Source: Sphingobacteriaceae bacterium
GTDB lineage: Bacteria > Bacteroidota > Bacteroidia > Sphingobacteriales > Sphingobacteriaceae
Assembly: GCA_044239195.1 (NCBI GenBank)
Contig: JBIIBV010000002.1
Coordinates: 274 to 64,273, forward strand
Direction of reading: 5' to 3'
DNA: 64,000 bases
Positions 8,603-19,253 of this stretch are shown piece by piece. The translations under genes were made by a program, and so were the position numbers. Under the pieces are notes generated by a model that ran no database searches, was not told the DNA's origin, and worked only from the letters and a program-made list of their open reading frames with translations. Numbering within the stretch: the stretch's first letter is position 1; each line of letters starts with the position of its first letter.

Positions 8603-9905
8603 AGCAGCTGTTACTATTTTTTGGTTTCGTAGGGATTTACGTCTACGTGATAACCGTGGACTTTTTGAAGCGCTAAATGCCGGCTTACCGGTAGTGCCGC
8701 TCTTCATTTTCGATCGGGATATTCTCGATAAACTCAACGATCATACAGATGCTCGTGTGGGTTTTATTCAACAAGAAATAAGTGCCCTTAATGAAGAATT
8801 AAAAGCCGTAGGGTCGTCTATGTTGATAAAGCATGCCAGCCCGAAACAGGCTTGGGAAGAAGTATTGACTGAATATGAGGTAAAAAACGTTTTTACTAAC
8901 CACGATTACGAACCTTACGCTCGTACTCGAGATGAACAATTGGCGACTATCTTTTCACAAAAAGGAATTGCCTTTCATACGTTTAAAGACCACGTAATTT
9001 TTGAGAAAGACGAGGTAGTAAAAGACGATGGAAAACCCTATACCGTGTTTACCCCTTATAGCCGTAAATGGTTACAACGATTGAGTGAAACGGGTATAAA
9101 AACTTATCCGAGTGAAACCCTCCTAGCCCGCTGCGAACAGTTAAAAAATAGGGAAATACCAAGCTTAGAATCCATGGGCTTTGAGCCAAGCAGCATACGT
9201 ATTCCGAGTAAAAGCTATATCCAAGTATTAGAAAATTATGGCAAAAACAGAGATTTTCCAGCCCTACCCGCTACTTCTAGGATAGGTATTCATTTACGTT
9301 TTGGCACCCTCAGTATCAGAGAACTCGTACAAGAAGCACAAAGCGTTGCCGATAAAACGTGGTTAATGGAACTCATTTGGAGAGAGTTTTATTTCATGAT
9401 TTTATGGCATTTTCCGCATACTACCACACAAGCGTTTAAGCCTGCATACGATCGTATTGAGTGGAGAAAAAACGAAGCAGAATTTGCCGCATGGTGTGAA
9501 GGGAAAACGGGCTACCCCATTGTAGATGCCGGCATGCGTGAGCTAAATACAACTGGCTTTATGCACAACCGTGTACGCATGATTGTAGCTAGTTTTTTAT
9601 GCAAACACCTCTTAATAGATTGGCGTTGGGGCGAAGCTTATTTTGCGCAAAAATTGTTAGACTACGAACAATCCAGTAATGTAGGCGGTTGGCAATGGGC
9701 TGCGGGCTGTGGCAACGATGCCGCACCCTATTTCCGAGTTTTTAACCCCACCCTACAAACTCAAAAATTTGATGCCCAACTGGTATATGTGAAAAAATGG
9801 GTGCCCGAATTTAGCGATCCATTTACGTATAGCAAACCCCTAGTCGATCACGCCTTTGCTCGTGAGCGGGTTTTGAAAGTTTATAAGAAAGCCTTGGAAA
9901 AATAG
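8595..9905 (+). CDS. cryptochrome/photolyase family protein (class I CPD photolyase or Cry-DASH)
   Basis: 436 aa. Blocks FWFRRDLRL.DN, WREFY, TGYPIVDAGMREL, MHNRVRMIVASFL, GGWQW and DAAPYFRVFNP. Overlaps the upstream gene by 8 nt. Confidence 0.85.
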   Translation: MPKAAVTIFWFRRDLRLRDNRGLFEALNAGLPVVPLFIFDRDILDKLNDHTDARVGFIQQEISALNEELKAVGSSMLIKHASPKQAWEEVLTEYEVKNVFTNHDYEPYARTRDEQLATIFSQKGIAFHTFKDHVIFEKDEVVKDDGKPYTVFTPYSRKWLQRLSETGIKTYPSETLLARCEQLKNREIPSLESMGFEPSSIRIPSKSYIQVLENYGKNRDFPALPATSRIGIHLRFGTLSIRELVQEAQSVADKTWLMELIWREFYFMILWHFPHTTTQAFKPAYDRIEWRKNEAEFAAWCEGKTGYPIVDAGMRELNTTGFMHNRVRMIVASFLCKHLLIDWRWGEAYFAQKLLDYEQSSNVGGWQWAAGCGNDAAPYFRVFNPTLQTQKFDAQLVYVKKWVPEFSDPFTYSKPLVDHAFARERVLKVYKKALEK

Positions 9906-9908
9906 CCC

Positions 9909-10781
9909 TTAGTTGGCTACGTCGGTTACTTTAATATCAAAAAACATACAAGAGAATGGAGCAATGCTTTGACTCCCAGAAAGGCCATAACCTAGAGCGG
10001 ATGGAAGGATAATTTGCATGGAACCATCTTTTTTTAACAGGGGAAGTGCTAATCGCCACCCTTCTACAGTACTACCTAAGGTAAACGTAGCTGGTGAGCC
10101 GGCCGTTGTTTTATCAAAAATAATCCCATCTAGGGTTTTTCCAGTGTATTCTACAGAAATAGCACTTGTTTCTGAAATGGTTTCAGTGCCAGATCCCGGA
10201 TCACTTATCTTGTAATAATAGCCTTCGGCTGCTTTAGTAAATCCAGTTAAATTATTTGCTAGCATGTATTGCAGCATGGTAAAATCGTCGTACTCGGCCA
10301 ATTTAGTTGCTGTAAGTGCCGTAACCGTAAAATCTACCGAAGTATTTCCGGGTATACTACCACTACCAGCTTTACCAAATGCAAATCTCGAAGGTAAAAT
10401 TACGCGAATACTTCCGCCTTGTTTTACCAAATGATTTTTAATTACTTCACGTAAAGAATCTGGCTGAAAATAACCAAAATAGCCTCCGTAACGATTATTA
10501 AAAGTATCTATGGATGCATACGTGCCATCTATTGTTTTGATGGTGTAAATTAGAGGTATTTGAATAGAATAATCAATATTTGGACCGGTACCAACTTTGG
10601 TTACCTGATAGTAAATACCCGTTTGGCCATATTGCTGAACCGATAGGTTATTGCTTTGAATATAGTTGGTTACTGCTTGCGCATCTACTTCGACAATACT
10701 TGGATAGGTTTTGGTACAGGTACTTAACCCGGCTAAAGCCAAGATACAAGCACAAAAGAATGCGGAAAAATTTCTAATCAT
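9909..10781 (-). CDS. FKBP-type peptidyl-prolyl isomerase lipoprotein (two FKBP-like domains)
   Basis: Lipobox LAGLSTC. Two repeats ending ...LPS..AFGKAGSGSIPGN...F.V and ...LPSALGYGLSGS..I.PFS...FDIKV. Confidence 0.75.
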   Translation of the reverse strand: MIRNFSAFFCACILALAGLSTCTKTYPSIVEVDAQAVTNYIQSNNLSVQQYGQTGIYYQVTKVGTGPNIDYSIQIPLIYTIKTIDGTYASIDTFNNRYGGYFGYFQPDSLREVIKNHLVKQGGSIRVILPSRFAFGKAGSGSIPGNTSVDFTVTALTATKLAEYDDFTMLQYMLANNLTGFTKAAEGYYYKISDPGSGTETISETSAISVEYTGKTLDGIIFDKTTAGSPATFTLGSTVEGWRLALPLLKKDGSMQIILPSALGYGLSGSQSIAPFSCMFFDIKVTDVAN

Positions 10782-10852
10782 CGGATTTTCTGAGCCACAA
10801 ATTTATCCTTTTAAACGGAAAAAACGACAGCTTAACATTATTTAACAAAAAA

Positions 10853-10887
10853 AGCCGTCCCGACGAATGTCGGGACGGCTCTGATTT
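10853..10887 (-). terminator. rho-independent terminator of the fad operon
   Basis: 12-bp stem AGCCGTCCCGAC / GTCGGGACGGCT (10853-10864 / 10869-10880) with a GAAT loop. On the minus strand it is followed by TTTTTTTG. Lies 15 nt downstream of the acyl-CoA dehydrogenase stop. Confidence 0.85.
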
Positions 10888-10894
10888 TATAAAC

Positions 10895-12676
10895 CTAATA
10901 ACAATATTTATTGGCCTCAATAAGCTGTTTAGCGACACGTTGGCGGGCATCTTTTATATTATATGGCGCCACTTTGGTAAAGCGACGTAAGCCTACCAAC
11001 ATCATGTTTAATTCATCGCCTTCGGCAAAAGAATTTAAAGCCTCTTTACCAGCCAAATAAACCGAATCTACAGCTTCTTGCAAGTAAATGCGCATCATAT
11101 CTAATTGGCCTTGCACGGCTGCTTCACCTCTAGCTGTTACCAATTTTTCAACCCGTAAAATAGTCGATTCAGCTACGTATACCGCACCAATAATATCGGC
11201 GATGTTCATCAAAATTTCTTGTTCTTTGGCTAAGCTCATCATCAGTTTTTGTACGGCAGAACCGGCAATCATGAGGCCTGCTTTTTTTAGATTTTTAAGT
11301 GTTTTTTTCTCAGCCGCAAATAAACTGTCGTCTTCTTCGCCAAACTCTGGGATCGACATCAGTTCGGAAGCAACCGCCTTCGCCGGTGTCATTAAATCTA
11401 ATTCGCCTTTTAAGGCACGTTTCAAGAGCATGTCTACAATCAACAAACGATTAATTTCATTCGTTCCTTCGAAAATGCGGTTGATACGGCTATCGCGGTA
11501 GGCTCTATCCATAGGCGCTTCGGCAGAATAACCCATGCCTCCGTATACTTGCACACCTTCATCAACCACATAATCCAACATTTCCGATCCCCATACTTTT
11601 AAAATGGCGCACTCAACGGCAAATTCTTCGGTAGATTTTAGCTTGGCTTTTCCAGTTTCCATGCCTCCAGCAACGAGTGCATCGTAAGCATCGTCGATGT
11701 TTTGGCCGGCTCGGTAGCACGCACTTTCTATGGCAAAATTACGGGTAGCCATTTCGGCCAATTTATAACGTATAGCCCCGAATTTGGAGATTTGAAGTTT
11801 GAATTGCACCCGCTCGTTGGCGTAATTAATAGACTTATCAATTACCGCACGAGAAGAACCAATAGCTGCTGCACCCAATTTAATACGGCCAATATTTAAA
11901 ATATTTACGGCAATCTTAAATCCATTTTGGCGGTCGGAAAGCATATTTTCTACCGGCACCGGGCAATCGTTAAAAAATACCTGACGGGTTGAGGAACCTT
12001 TGATTCCCATTTTATGCTCTTCGGGATTCATGGTTATGCCTCCAAAATCTTTCTCTACAATAAATGCGGTAAGATTTTCATCGTCTTCAATTTTGGCAAA
12101 CACAATAAATACATCGGCAAAACCACCGTTGGTAATCCACATTTTTTGGCCAGTAATTAAATAATGAGTGCCCTCTTTATTCAATACCGCTTTAGTACGT
12201 CCCGAATTGGCATCGGACCCCGAGTTTGGTTCGGTTAAGCAATAAGAGGCTTTCCACTCTCCGCTAGCTAATTTGGGAATGTATTTTGTTTTTTGGGCTT
12301 CGTTGCCATAATATAAAATAGGCAAGGTACCAATACCCGTATGTGCCGAAATGGCTACAGCAAAGGAGTGCCCAGCACCTACAATATCGGCCACCAACAT
12401 AGAGGTATTGAAATTTTTTCCAAAGCCGCCGTATTCTTCGGGAATGGAAACGGCCAATAGGCCCAATTCGCCCGCTTTATCGAGTAAACTTGGCATCAGA
12501 CCTTCTTCTAGTTTATCAATGCGGTCTAAATTCGGGTTAACCTCTGTCTGCAAAAAATCTTCGCAGGTTTTTTTAATCATTAACTGTTCTTCGTCAAACT
12601 CTTCGGGAATGAAAATGTCTGCCGCTTCAGTGTCTTTGATGATGAATTCACCACCTTTTGTATGCGTTTTTTCCAT
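10895..12676 (-). CDS. fadE: acyl-CoA dehydrogenase (long form, FadE/YusJ-like)
   Basis: 593 aa. Contains [17 protein letters not shown] and YGGMGY.E....R.YRD.RI..I.EGTNEI, typical ACAD motifs. Confidence 0.9.
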   Translation of the reverse strand: MEKTHTKGGEFIIKDTEAADIFIPEEFDEEQLMIKKTCEDFLQTEVNPNLDRIDKLEEGLMPSLLDKAGELGLLAVSIPEEYGGFGKNFNTSMLVADIVGAGHSFAVAISAHTGIGTLPILYYGNEAQKTKYIPKLASGEWKASYCLTEPNSGSDANSGRTKAVLNKEGTHYLITGQKMWITNGGFADVFIVFAKIEDDENLTAFIVEKDFGGITMNPEEHKMGIKGSSTRQVFFNDCPVPVENMLSDRQNGFKIAVNILNIGRIKLGAAAIGSSRAVIDKSINYANERVQFKLQISKFGAIRYKLAEMATRNFAIESACYRAGQNIDDAYDALVAGGMETGKAKLKSTEEFAVECAILKVWGSEMLDYVVDEGVQVYGGMGYSAEAPMDRAYRDSRINRIFEGTNEINRLLIVDMLLKRALKGELDLMTPAKAVASELMSIPEFGEEDDSLFAAEKKTLKNLKKAGLMIAGSAVQKLMMSLAKEQEILMNIADIIGAVYVAESTILRVEKLVTARGEAAVQGQLDMMRIYLQEAVDSVYLAGKEALNSFAEGDELNMMLVGLRRFTKVAPYNIKDARQRVAKQLIEANKYCY

Positions 12677-12687
12677 GATATATTGAT

Positions 12688-13866
12688 TTATAGCAGTTCA
12701 AAAATGCCTGCTGCTCCTTGGCCAGTACCTACACACATAGTTACCATACCATATTTTTTATTTCTTGCTTTTAATTCGTTGAGTATTTGTACGGTTAATT
12801 TGGCGCCTGTACAACCCAGGGGGTGCCCCAGGGCAATGGCTCCGCCATTTACATTCACGATATCGGTATTTAAACCTAAGGTGTTTATAATGGCTAAAGA
12901 TTGGGAGGCGAAGGCCTCATTCAATTCAATTAAATCCAATTGATCTTGCTTCATACCTGCTTTTTTCAAAGCCAAAGGAATGGCTTCAATCGGACCAATA
13001 CCCATAATTCGAGGAGGAACGCCGGCCACACCATAACTAACCAAACGGGCAATTGGCTGCACGCCTAATTGTTTTAGCATACTTTCTGATACTACCAATA
13101 CAAAGGCAGCACCATCAGATGTTTGCGACGAGTTACCAGCAGTAATGCTTCCATTAGCCGCAAATACAGGTTTCAATTTAGCTAATTTTTCAATGCTCGT
13201 ATCCGCTCTCGGACCTTCGTCGGTATCTACCACATAGTCTCGAGTTTTCTTTTTCAAATTGGCATCCACATAATTTTCGGTAACGCTGATGGGCAACACC
13301 CCAGCTTTTAAACGTCCGCTTTCTAAACCTTTAATTGCTTTTTGGTGAGAATTGAATGCAAATTCATCTTGCGCTTCTCTGCTTACTTTATAGTCGTTGG
13401 CTACAGCCTCGGCAGTTAGACCCATGCCCCAATACCATTCGGGGTGGGCTTTGGCAACCTCGGGGTTTGGCACCAATTTCCAACCGCCAAAAGGCATGCC
13501 CGACATCACTTCTACCCCACCTGCCACAATGCAATTGGCCATACCCGAACGAATTTTCGCTACAGCAGTGGCAATAGTTTCTAAACCGGAAGCACAATAG
13601 CGGTTCATGGTTACACCGGGAACTTTATCGGTATTTAAGCCCATTAGCGAAACCATACGAGCAATGTTTAAGCCTTGCTCGGCTTCGGGGGTGGCATTGC
13701 CCACAATCACGTCGTCTATTTGTTCTTTATCTAAATTAGGAACCGATGCTACTAAAGCTTTAACTACTTCGGCAGCCAATTCATCGGCTCTAGTAAATCG
13801 GAAAACTCCTTTTGGGGCTTTGCCCACCGCAGTACGGTATCCTGCTATGATATATGCTTCTTGCAT
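12688..13866 (-). CDS. fadA: acetyl-CoA C-acyltransferase (3-ketoacyl-CoA thiolase)
   Basis: 392 aa. Contains NRYCASGLE (active Cys), [16 protein letters not shown] and MCVGTGQG. Confidence 0.92.
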   Translation of the reverse strand: MQEAYIIAGYRTAVGKAPKGVFRFTRADELAAEVVKALVASVPNLDKEQIDDVIVGNATPEAEQGLNIARMVSLMGLNTDKVPGVTMNRYCASGLETIATAVAKIRSGMANCIVAGGVEVMSGMPFGGWKLVPNPEVAKAHPEWYWGMGLTAEAVANDYKVSREAQDEFAFNSHQKAIKGLESGRLKAGVLPISVTENYVDANLKKKTRDYVVDTDEGPRADTSIEKLAKLKPVFAANGSITAGNSSQTSDGAAFVLVVSESMLKQLGVQPIARLVSYGVAGVPPRIMGIGPIEAIPLALKKAGMKQDQLDLIELNEAFASQSLAIINTLGLNTDIVNVNGGAIALGHPLGCTGAKLTVQILNELKARNKKYGMVTMCVGTGQGAAGIFELL

Positions 13867-13878
13867 GATTCTCGTTTT

Positions 13879-16284
13879 TTAATTTCTTAATGGTTTGCCC
13901 TTGGTAATGATACTTTGAATACGTTCCAAGGTTTTCTTTTCTCCGCAAAGCGATAAAAAAGCTTCCCGCTCTAAATCGAGCAAATACTGTTCGCTTACCA
14001 TGCTTGGTGCCGATAAATCGCCACCACACATTACGTAGCCTAATTTTTCAGAGATTTTTTTATCGTGTTCCGAAATGTAATTTCCGGCAAACATAGAATT
14101 GGCACCTGCGTATACAATGCCCAAACCCGATTTGCCCAATACTTTAATATCTGTACGACGCACCGGTTGGGTATAGCCAGCATCGGCTAGTTCCAAGGCT
14201 TTAGCTTTTGCATCGGCTATTAAGCGGCTACGGTTCATGGTGATGCTATATTTACCTGCTTTTAAATAACCTAAATCGGCCGCCTCGGCACCCGAGGTAG
14301 AAACCTTGGCCATGGCAATGGTTAAAAAGCGGTCTTTTAATACATTTTGATCTATTTGGCCATCTTTCAATTCATCGGAAACCCGTAGCGCAAATTCTTT
14401 AGTACCGCCACCGCCGGGAATTAATCCTACACCAAATTCTACCAAACCCATATAAGTTTCGGCATTGATCTGCACATGGTCGGCGTGTGAAGCAAATTCG
14501 CAGCCACCGCCCAAGGTTAAATTATGCGGAGCCAATACCACCGGAATGCCTGAATAGCGTAAACGCATGGAGGTATTTTGAAAAGCCCGAATGGCCATAT
14601 TAATTTCGTCCCATTCTTGCTCAATGGCCGCCATAAAAATCATCCCGATGTTAGCACCGGCAGAAAAATTGGCCCCATCGTTTCCGATAACCAATCCACG
14701 GAAATCTTTTTCGGCCAAATCAACGGCTTTATTTATCCCTTGAATCACATCGCCACCAATGGTATTCATTTTGGTGTGAAATTCTAGATTGATGATACCA
14801 TCGCCCAAATCGGTGATGGTGGTACCGCTATTTTTCCAAATGGTTTTGCTAGCCCGAATGTTATCTAAAATAATAAAGGCATCGGTACCCGATATGGCTT
14901 TGTAGCTTTTGGTTGGTATGTCGTAATATTTTTTTACGCCATCTTCTACCTTATAAAATGAGGTATGCCCGGCAGCAAGCATTTCGTGTACCCAAGGAGC
15001 TGCTTCGTTGCCTAGTGTTTTCATTCCGGCCAGCGCTTCGTTGAGACCAATGGCATCCCATACTTCAAATGGACCTAATTCCCAGCCAAAGCCGGCACGC
15101 ATGGCATCGTCTATGCGGTACAATTCATCTGAAATTTCGGGAATACGATCGGATACGTATTCGAATAAGCCAAAGAAGGCGGTTCTAAAGAATTCGCCGG
15201 CTCGGTCTGTGCCCTTCGCATATGCCTTCATGCGGTCGCGAAGGTTATCAATTAATTTTAAGCCATCGAGTGTAGCAGATTTTACTTTTTCTTGAGGACG
15301 GTATTCAAGAGTTTTTAAATCGAGGGCTAAAATTTCGCTCTTGCCATTTTCTCCTTTTACTTTTTTGTAGAAACCTTGCTTGGTTTTATCGCCCAACCAA
15401 TTATTTTCTTTCATTTTTAACACATAGCCCGGTAATTGAAAAAGAGCATGTGCTTTATCGTTGGGTACGTTTTGGTATAAGCCGTTGGCTACGTTAATCA
15501 TGGTATCTAATCCCACCACATCGGTAGTACGAAAGGTTGCCGATTTAGGGCGACCCAATACCGGACCGGTGTATTTATCTACCTCTTCTACTTTTAAATC
15601 CATTTTCTCTACCAAATGCAATAAAGACATGATGGAATACACACCTACTCTATTGGCAATAAATGCTGGCGTATCTTTACACAAAACCGTAGTTTTACCC
15701 AAAAACTGATCGCCGTAGTGCATCAGAAAATCTACAATTTCCGGATCGGTATGGGGTGTTGGAATAATTTCTAATAAGCGTAAGTATCTTGGCGGATTAA
15801 AAAAATGGGTTCCACAGAAATGTTTTTGGAAATCTTCGGAACGTCCTTCGGCCATTAAATGAATGGGAATACCCGAAGTATTAGAAGTTATTAAGGTACC
15901 CGGCTTGCGAAATTGTTCTACCTGCTCGTATACCTTTTTCTTAATATCTAGGTTTTCTACCACCACTTCAATCGTCCAATCGCAGGTGGCAATGTCTTTC
16001 ATGTTATCGGTAAAATTACCGGTGCTAATTCGGCTAAGGCTCCGCTTGGTAAATATGGGCGATGGGTTCGATTTTACTGCTGTTTCTAAAGCCGCATTTA
16101 CAATTTTATTGCGCACCGCCGGATGCTCCAAGTTAAGGCCTTTGGCTTGTTCTTCGGGTGTAAGCTCTTTGGGAGCGATATCTAAAAGCAATACTTCTAG
16201 GCCAATATTGGCAAAATGGCAGGCAATACGAGAACCCATAATTCCCGAGCCCAATACGGCTACTTTTTTAATCGTTCTTTTCAT
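13879..16284 (-). CDS. fadN: bifunctional 3-hydroxyacyl-CoA dehydrogenase / enoyl-CoA hydratase (FadN/FadB-like)
   Basis: 801 aa. N-terminal VAVLGSGIMGSRIA NAD fold and a C-terminal crotonase-like region (GANFSAGANI...GGGCE). Confidence 0.9.
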   Translation of the reverse strand: MKRTIKKVAVLGSGIMGSRIACHFANIGLEVLLLDIAPKELTPEEQAKGLNLEHPAVRNKIVNAALETAVKSNPSPIFTKRSLSRISTGNFTDNMKDIATCDWTIEVVVENLDIKKKVYEQVEQFRKPGTLITSNTSGIPIHLMAEGRSEDFQKHFCGTHFFNPPRYLRLLEIIPTPHTDPEIVDFLMHYGDQFLGKTTVLCKDTPAFIANRVGVYSIMSLLHLVEKMDLKVEEVDKYTGPVLGRPKSATFRTTDVVGLDTMINVANGLYQNVPNDKAHALFQLPGYVLKMKENNWLGDKTKQGFYKKVKGENGKSEILALDLKTLEYRPQEKVKSATLDGLKLIDNLRDRMKAYAKGTDRAGEFFRTAFFGLFEYVSDRIPEISDELYRIDDAMRAGFGWELGPFEVWDAIGLNEALAGMKTLGNEAAPWVHEMLAAGHTSFYKVEDGVKKYYDIPTKSYKAISGTDAFIILDNIRASKTIWKNSGTTITDLGDGIINLEFHTKMNTIGGDVIQGINKAVDLAEKDFRGLVIGNDGANFSAGANIGMIFMAAIEQEWDEINMAIRAFQNTSMRLRYSGIPVVLAPHNLTLGGGCEFASHADHVQINAETYMGLVEFGVGLIPGGGGTKEFALRVSDELKDGQIDQNVLKDRFLTIAMAKVSTSGAEAADLGYLKAGKYSITMNRSRLIADAKAKALELADAGYTQPVRRTDIKVLGKSGLGIVYAGANSMFAGNYISEHDKKISEKLGYVMCGGDLSAPSMVSEQYLLDLEREAFLSLCGEKKTLERIQSIITKGKPLRN

Positions 16285-16721
16285 AGTCCAGATGTAGGGT
16301 GATAGGCCAGCGTGAGCTGGTTTATTTTTTGCAAAGCCGCAATTAATTGCTGGCGCTCTTTTTGTTCTAAATGGATATTCAAATACTCGTTAAACTTACG
16401 CACTACTTCTTTGGCTTTTTGGCGTTGTTCTTTACCAAAATCGGTGAGGTAAATTTTTACCGAACGTTTGTCTTCTGGCGAAACCTTACGGTAAATTAAA
16501 CCCAAGCCCTCCATGTTATTTAACATGCGTGATAAGCTGGTAGATTTTACGCCCAACAAACTGGCAATTTGAGAAACCGCCGTACCCTCATCGTGAATAT
16601 TAATAAGGGCATAGCCCAAGGCTTGTGTACTGCCAAAACCCGAAGCAATTTGGTTATAGGTATTGGCTACATTTTGCCAAACCACTTTTAAAAAATAATC
16701 AACAGTTTCTTCGGGTTTCAT
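16281..16721 (-). CDS. MarR family transcriptional regulator (first gene of the fad operon)
   Basis: 146 aa. Winged-helix core SQIASLLGVKSTSLSRMLNNMEGLGLIYRK..PEDKRSV.I.LT. ATGA overlap with the fadN start. Confidence 0.85.
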   Translation of the reverse strand: MKPEETVDYFLKVVWQNVANTYNQIASGFGSTQALGYALINIHDEGTAVSQIASLLGVKSTSLSRMLNNMEGLGLIYRKVSPEDKRSVKIYLTDFGKEQRQKAKEVVRKFNEYLNIHLEQKERQQLIAALQKINQLTLAYHPTSGL

Positions 16722-16724
16722 TTA

Positions 16725-16780
16725 TTACTATGCTAGCATAACAAATATAGGATTTCAAAATTAATATGCAAGCATAGTAA
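16725..16780. promoter_or_regulatory. pair of inverted TATGC-NN-GCATA operator-like palindromes upstream of marR
   Basis: Site 1 is TTACTATGCTAGCATA (16725-16740, core a perfect 12-bp palindrome). Site 2 is TATGCAAGCATAGTAA (16765-16780). Each site is the reverse complement of the other except for the central dinucleotide. Site 1 starts 4 nt upstream of the marR start codon. Confidence 0.55.
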
Positions 16781-16838
16781 TTGATTTTTTAAATTTTATT
16801 GTTGAGTATTTGATACCTTTGTTCAGAAAGGCATACTT

Positions 16839-17153
16839 ATGAAAGAAATTACCGTAAAAGAACTTAAGCGTAAATTAGATAAGCAAGAAGATTTTCAGCT
16901 GATAGATGTTCGGGAAGAGTTTGAATATGAAGTATCTAACCTAAACGGAGAAAATATTCCATTAGGCGGATTGCTGTTAGAAGTAGAGAAAATTGCCACC
17001 GATAAACCCGTAATTATACATTGTCGCAGTGGCGCACGCAGTGCGGCTGCCGTTATGCAATTAGAGGCACAAGGATTTACCAAATTGTATAATTTAAAAG
17101 GAGGCATTCTTGCATGGGCTCAAGAAATTGATCCGAACATGCCGGTTTACTAG
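16839..17153 (+). CDS. single-domain rhodanese-like sulfurtransferase
   Basis: 104 aa. Active-site loop HCRSGARS and LID.RE..E. Confidence 0.85.
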   Translation: MKEITVKELKRKLDKQEDFQLIDVREEFEYEVSNLNGENIPLGGLLLEVEKIATDKPVIIHCRSGARSAAAVMQLEAQGFTKLYNLKGGILAWAQEIDPNMPVY

Positions 17154-17154
17154 T

Positions 17155-17343
17155 ATGATTCTCAAAGTTTTACTCAACGTATTGTTAAATATTGGTATCA
17201 TGGTACTCACACTTAGCACCTATTGGGCGGCTAAAGGACAACATTACGGCATTACGGCGGCAGCACTTTTTTCACTGGCCTTGCTTATTTTCTTAAAAGC
17301 TAGGTTATTGAAAAACATAAAAAGCCTATCAAAAAAAGATTAA
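17155..17343 (+). CDS. small two-TM membrane protein, unknown function
   Basis: The ATG at 17155 is 1 nt after the rhodanese stop. Sequence MILKVLLNVLLNIGIMVLTLSTYW...AAALFSLALLIFLKARLL. The upstream part of the track ORF overlaps rhodanese and is discounted. Confidence 0.5.
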   Translation: MILKVLLNVLLNIGIMVLTLSTYWAAKGQHYGITAAALFSLALLIFLKARLLKNIKSLSKKD

Positions 17344-17366
17344 ATTTCACTTAAACAACTAATACT

Positions 17367-18272
17367 ATGTTTTTACTCATTTTAGGCCTTGTTGCCTTAA
17401 TCGTAGGGTTCCAATTGTCTCGTGCAGATAACCCTGTTCAAAAATTTAGCAACCCACTGCGTATTGCAGGTGTTATCTTACTTTTAGTAGGTGCTTCCGT
17501 GTCTATGTTTAAAGTTATTGATGCCGGCCAAGTGGGTGTGAAAACCTTATTTGGTAAGGTAGAAAACGATGTATTATACAGCGGATTAAATGTGATAAAC
17601 CCTTTGGTAGAAGTAACCACCTTTGATACTAAAACACAAAATTATACCATGTCGGGTATTCATGATGAAGGCACTAAATCTGGCGACGACGCCATTCGGG
17701 TTTTATCATCTGATGGATTGGAAGTAACCATTGATCTTTCTGTTTTATTTAAAGTAAGAGCTACCGAAGCACCACGTATTTTAAAAGAGATAGGTAACGA
17801 TTATTTGGATAAAATTGTCCGCCCAATTTCCCGTACCGCCATTCGCGATAATGCGGTGTATTACGAAGCAGTAGCTTTATATTCTACCAAACGTCAGGAA
17901 TTTCAGGATAAAATTTTTAAAACCATTAACGAGAGTTTTGCCAAACGGGGTTTAGTTTTAGAGCAATTATTAGTCCGCAATATCACCCTGCCCGAATCGG
18001 TAAAGAAAAGTATTGAGTCTAAAATTAATGCCGAACAGGATGCCCAAAAGATGACCTTCGTTTTGCAAAAAGAACGTCAAGAAGCAGAGCGTAAACGAGT
18101 AGAGGCACAAGGTATTGCCGATTATCAGCGTATTTTATCTACGGGCTTAAGCGATAAACAATTGCAGTACGAAGCCATAAAAGCACAAAAAGAAATTGCT
18201 TTATCGCCAAATACTAAAATCATTATTATGGGGAATAGCAAAGGGGCGCCGGTGATTATTGGGAATAACTAA
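17367..18272 (+). CDS. SPFH/band-7 (prohibitin/stomatin family) membrane protein
   Basis: 301 aa. N-terminal TM helix, then GQVGVKTLFGKV, DGLEVTIDLSV.F and a coiled-coil E/Q/K-rich C-terminal half. Confidence 0.85.
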   Translation: MFLLILGLVALIVGFQLSRADNPVQKFSNPLRIAGVILLLVGASVSMFKVIDAGQVGVKTLFGKVENDVLYSGLNVINPLVEVTTFDTKTQNYTMSGIHDEGTKSGDDAIRVLSSDGLEVTIDLSVLFKVRATEAPRILKEIGNDYLDKIVRPISRTAIRDNAVYYEAVALYSTKRQEFQDKIFKTINESFAKRGLVLEQLLVRNITLPESVKKSIESKINAEQDAQKMTFVLQKERQEAERKRVEAQGIADYQRILSTGLSDKQLQYEAIKAQKEIALSPNTKIIIMGNSKGAPVIIGNN

Positions 18273-18275
18273 TGC

Positions 18276-19253
18276 ATGCAGAATAGTTTATACCACCCAT
18301 TTAAAACCCTACAATTTGATGCAAAGCACTGCTTTTTAAGTGGGCAGACGCTGGTATCGTCCGAAGAAGAAATAGGCGTTTTTGCGCCTTGGTTTTTGCA
18401 AGCCTTTGGCTTAGCAGATCGTCCATTTAAATTACTCGATGAGAGCATTACCAGCTACCAACAACTTAAAATTCCTTGTAGCAGCGCTGTGTATGAAGAG
18501 GCCATAGCACCGCTAGAAGCTGAAATTCAAGAGGCTTTTTCGAAAGGTTATGAAGGGCTAAAAGAAGTTTCGGAGATTAAACTTTTTCAGTGGATAGCCA
18601 AACTTTTATATGGTATTATTTACCACGAAATTAAACAAGGCATTCGTCAACAAAAAACCCTTGGCGAAGCTTTTACATTATCGCAGGCTATGGCGCATAA
18701 GTTCGAGAACTTGCACCTTATGCTGCAATCGCTCATTCAACCTATTAACTTCGAAGAACCTAAACCTTGGAGCATTCAGGTGTTTAAGTTGGCACAAGAG
18801 GCTGATTTTTTTAGCTACCGCGATGAACTGAATACGCTGAGTTTTAGTCTTCGTGCACGTGATTTTGGCATTATTGCTTGTTTACAAGATAACGGCACAA
18901 ATACAGCCTACCACCAAGAAATATTGGAAATTTGCAGTGAACAGACGCTAAGTCCTGCTCAGTTTGAAGAACTCTGTGCTCGTTTCTTTTATTCGGCTTA
19001 TTTATTTAACCGCTTACCAGAATACGCCGTACTGCCTACGCATGAAACTACTTTTATTGAGGCCATGCCGCTTCAAGGCATGAGTAGTAAACCCATTTTT
19101 GATGTTTGGGATGTGAAAACCTACGGACAAGTACTCGAAAATTTCTGGAAACCTTGGGGTTTTACCCTTCTCGAAATTATTAAAGATCCGGAAAAGCCGA
19201 TGAGTTTTTTAATGGATGAAGCTGGCGCCTTTCAACAGCAGCCACTCCACTAA
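18276..19253 (+). CDS. hypothetical protein (325 aa, soluble, no family recognised)
   Basis: Long ORF starting 3 nt after the SPFH stop. No TM helix or motif I can assign. Coding-like composition. Confidence 0.7.
   Translation: MQNSLYHPFKTLQFDAKHCFLSGQTLVSSEEEIGVFAPWFLQAFGLADRPFKLLDESITSYQQLKIPCSSAVYEEAIAPLEAEIQEAFSKGYEGLKEVSEIKLFQWIAKLLYGIIYHEIKQGIRQQKTLGEAFTLSQAMAHKFENLHLMLQSLIQPINFEEPKPWSIQVFKLAQEADFFSYRDELNTLSFSLRARDFGIIACLQDNGTNTAYHQEILEICSEQTLSPAQFEELCARFFYSAYLFNRLPEYAVLPTHETTFIEAMPLQGMSSKPIFDVWDVKTYGQVLENFWKPWGFTLLEIIKDPEKPMSFLMDEAGAFQQQPLH

Noticed and set aside
13356-13600. A cluster of three overlapping 67-73-aa ORFs on both strands inside the thiolase gene.
   Set aside because: They lie in the most GC-rich, Gly/Ala-rich part of fadA, where stop codons are rare in all frames. 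None has independent motif support.
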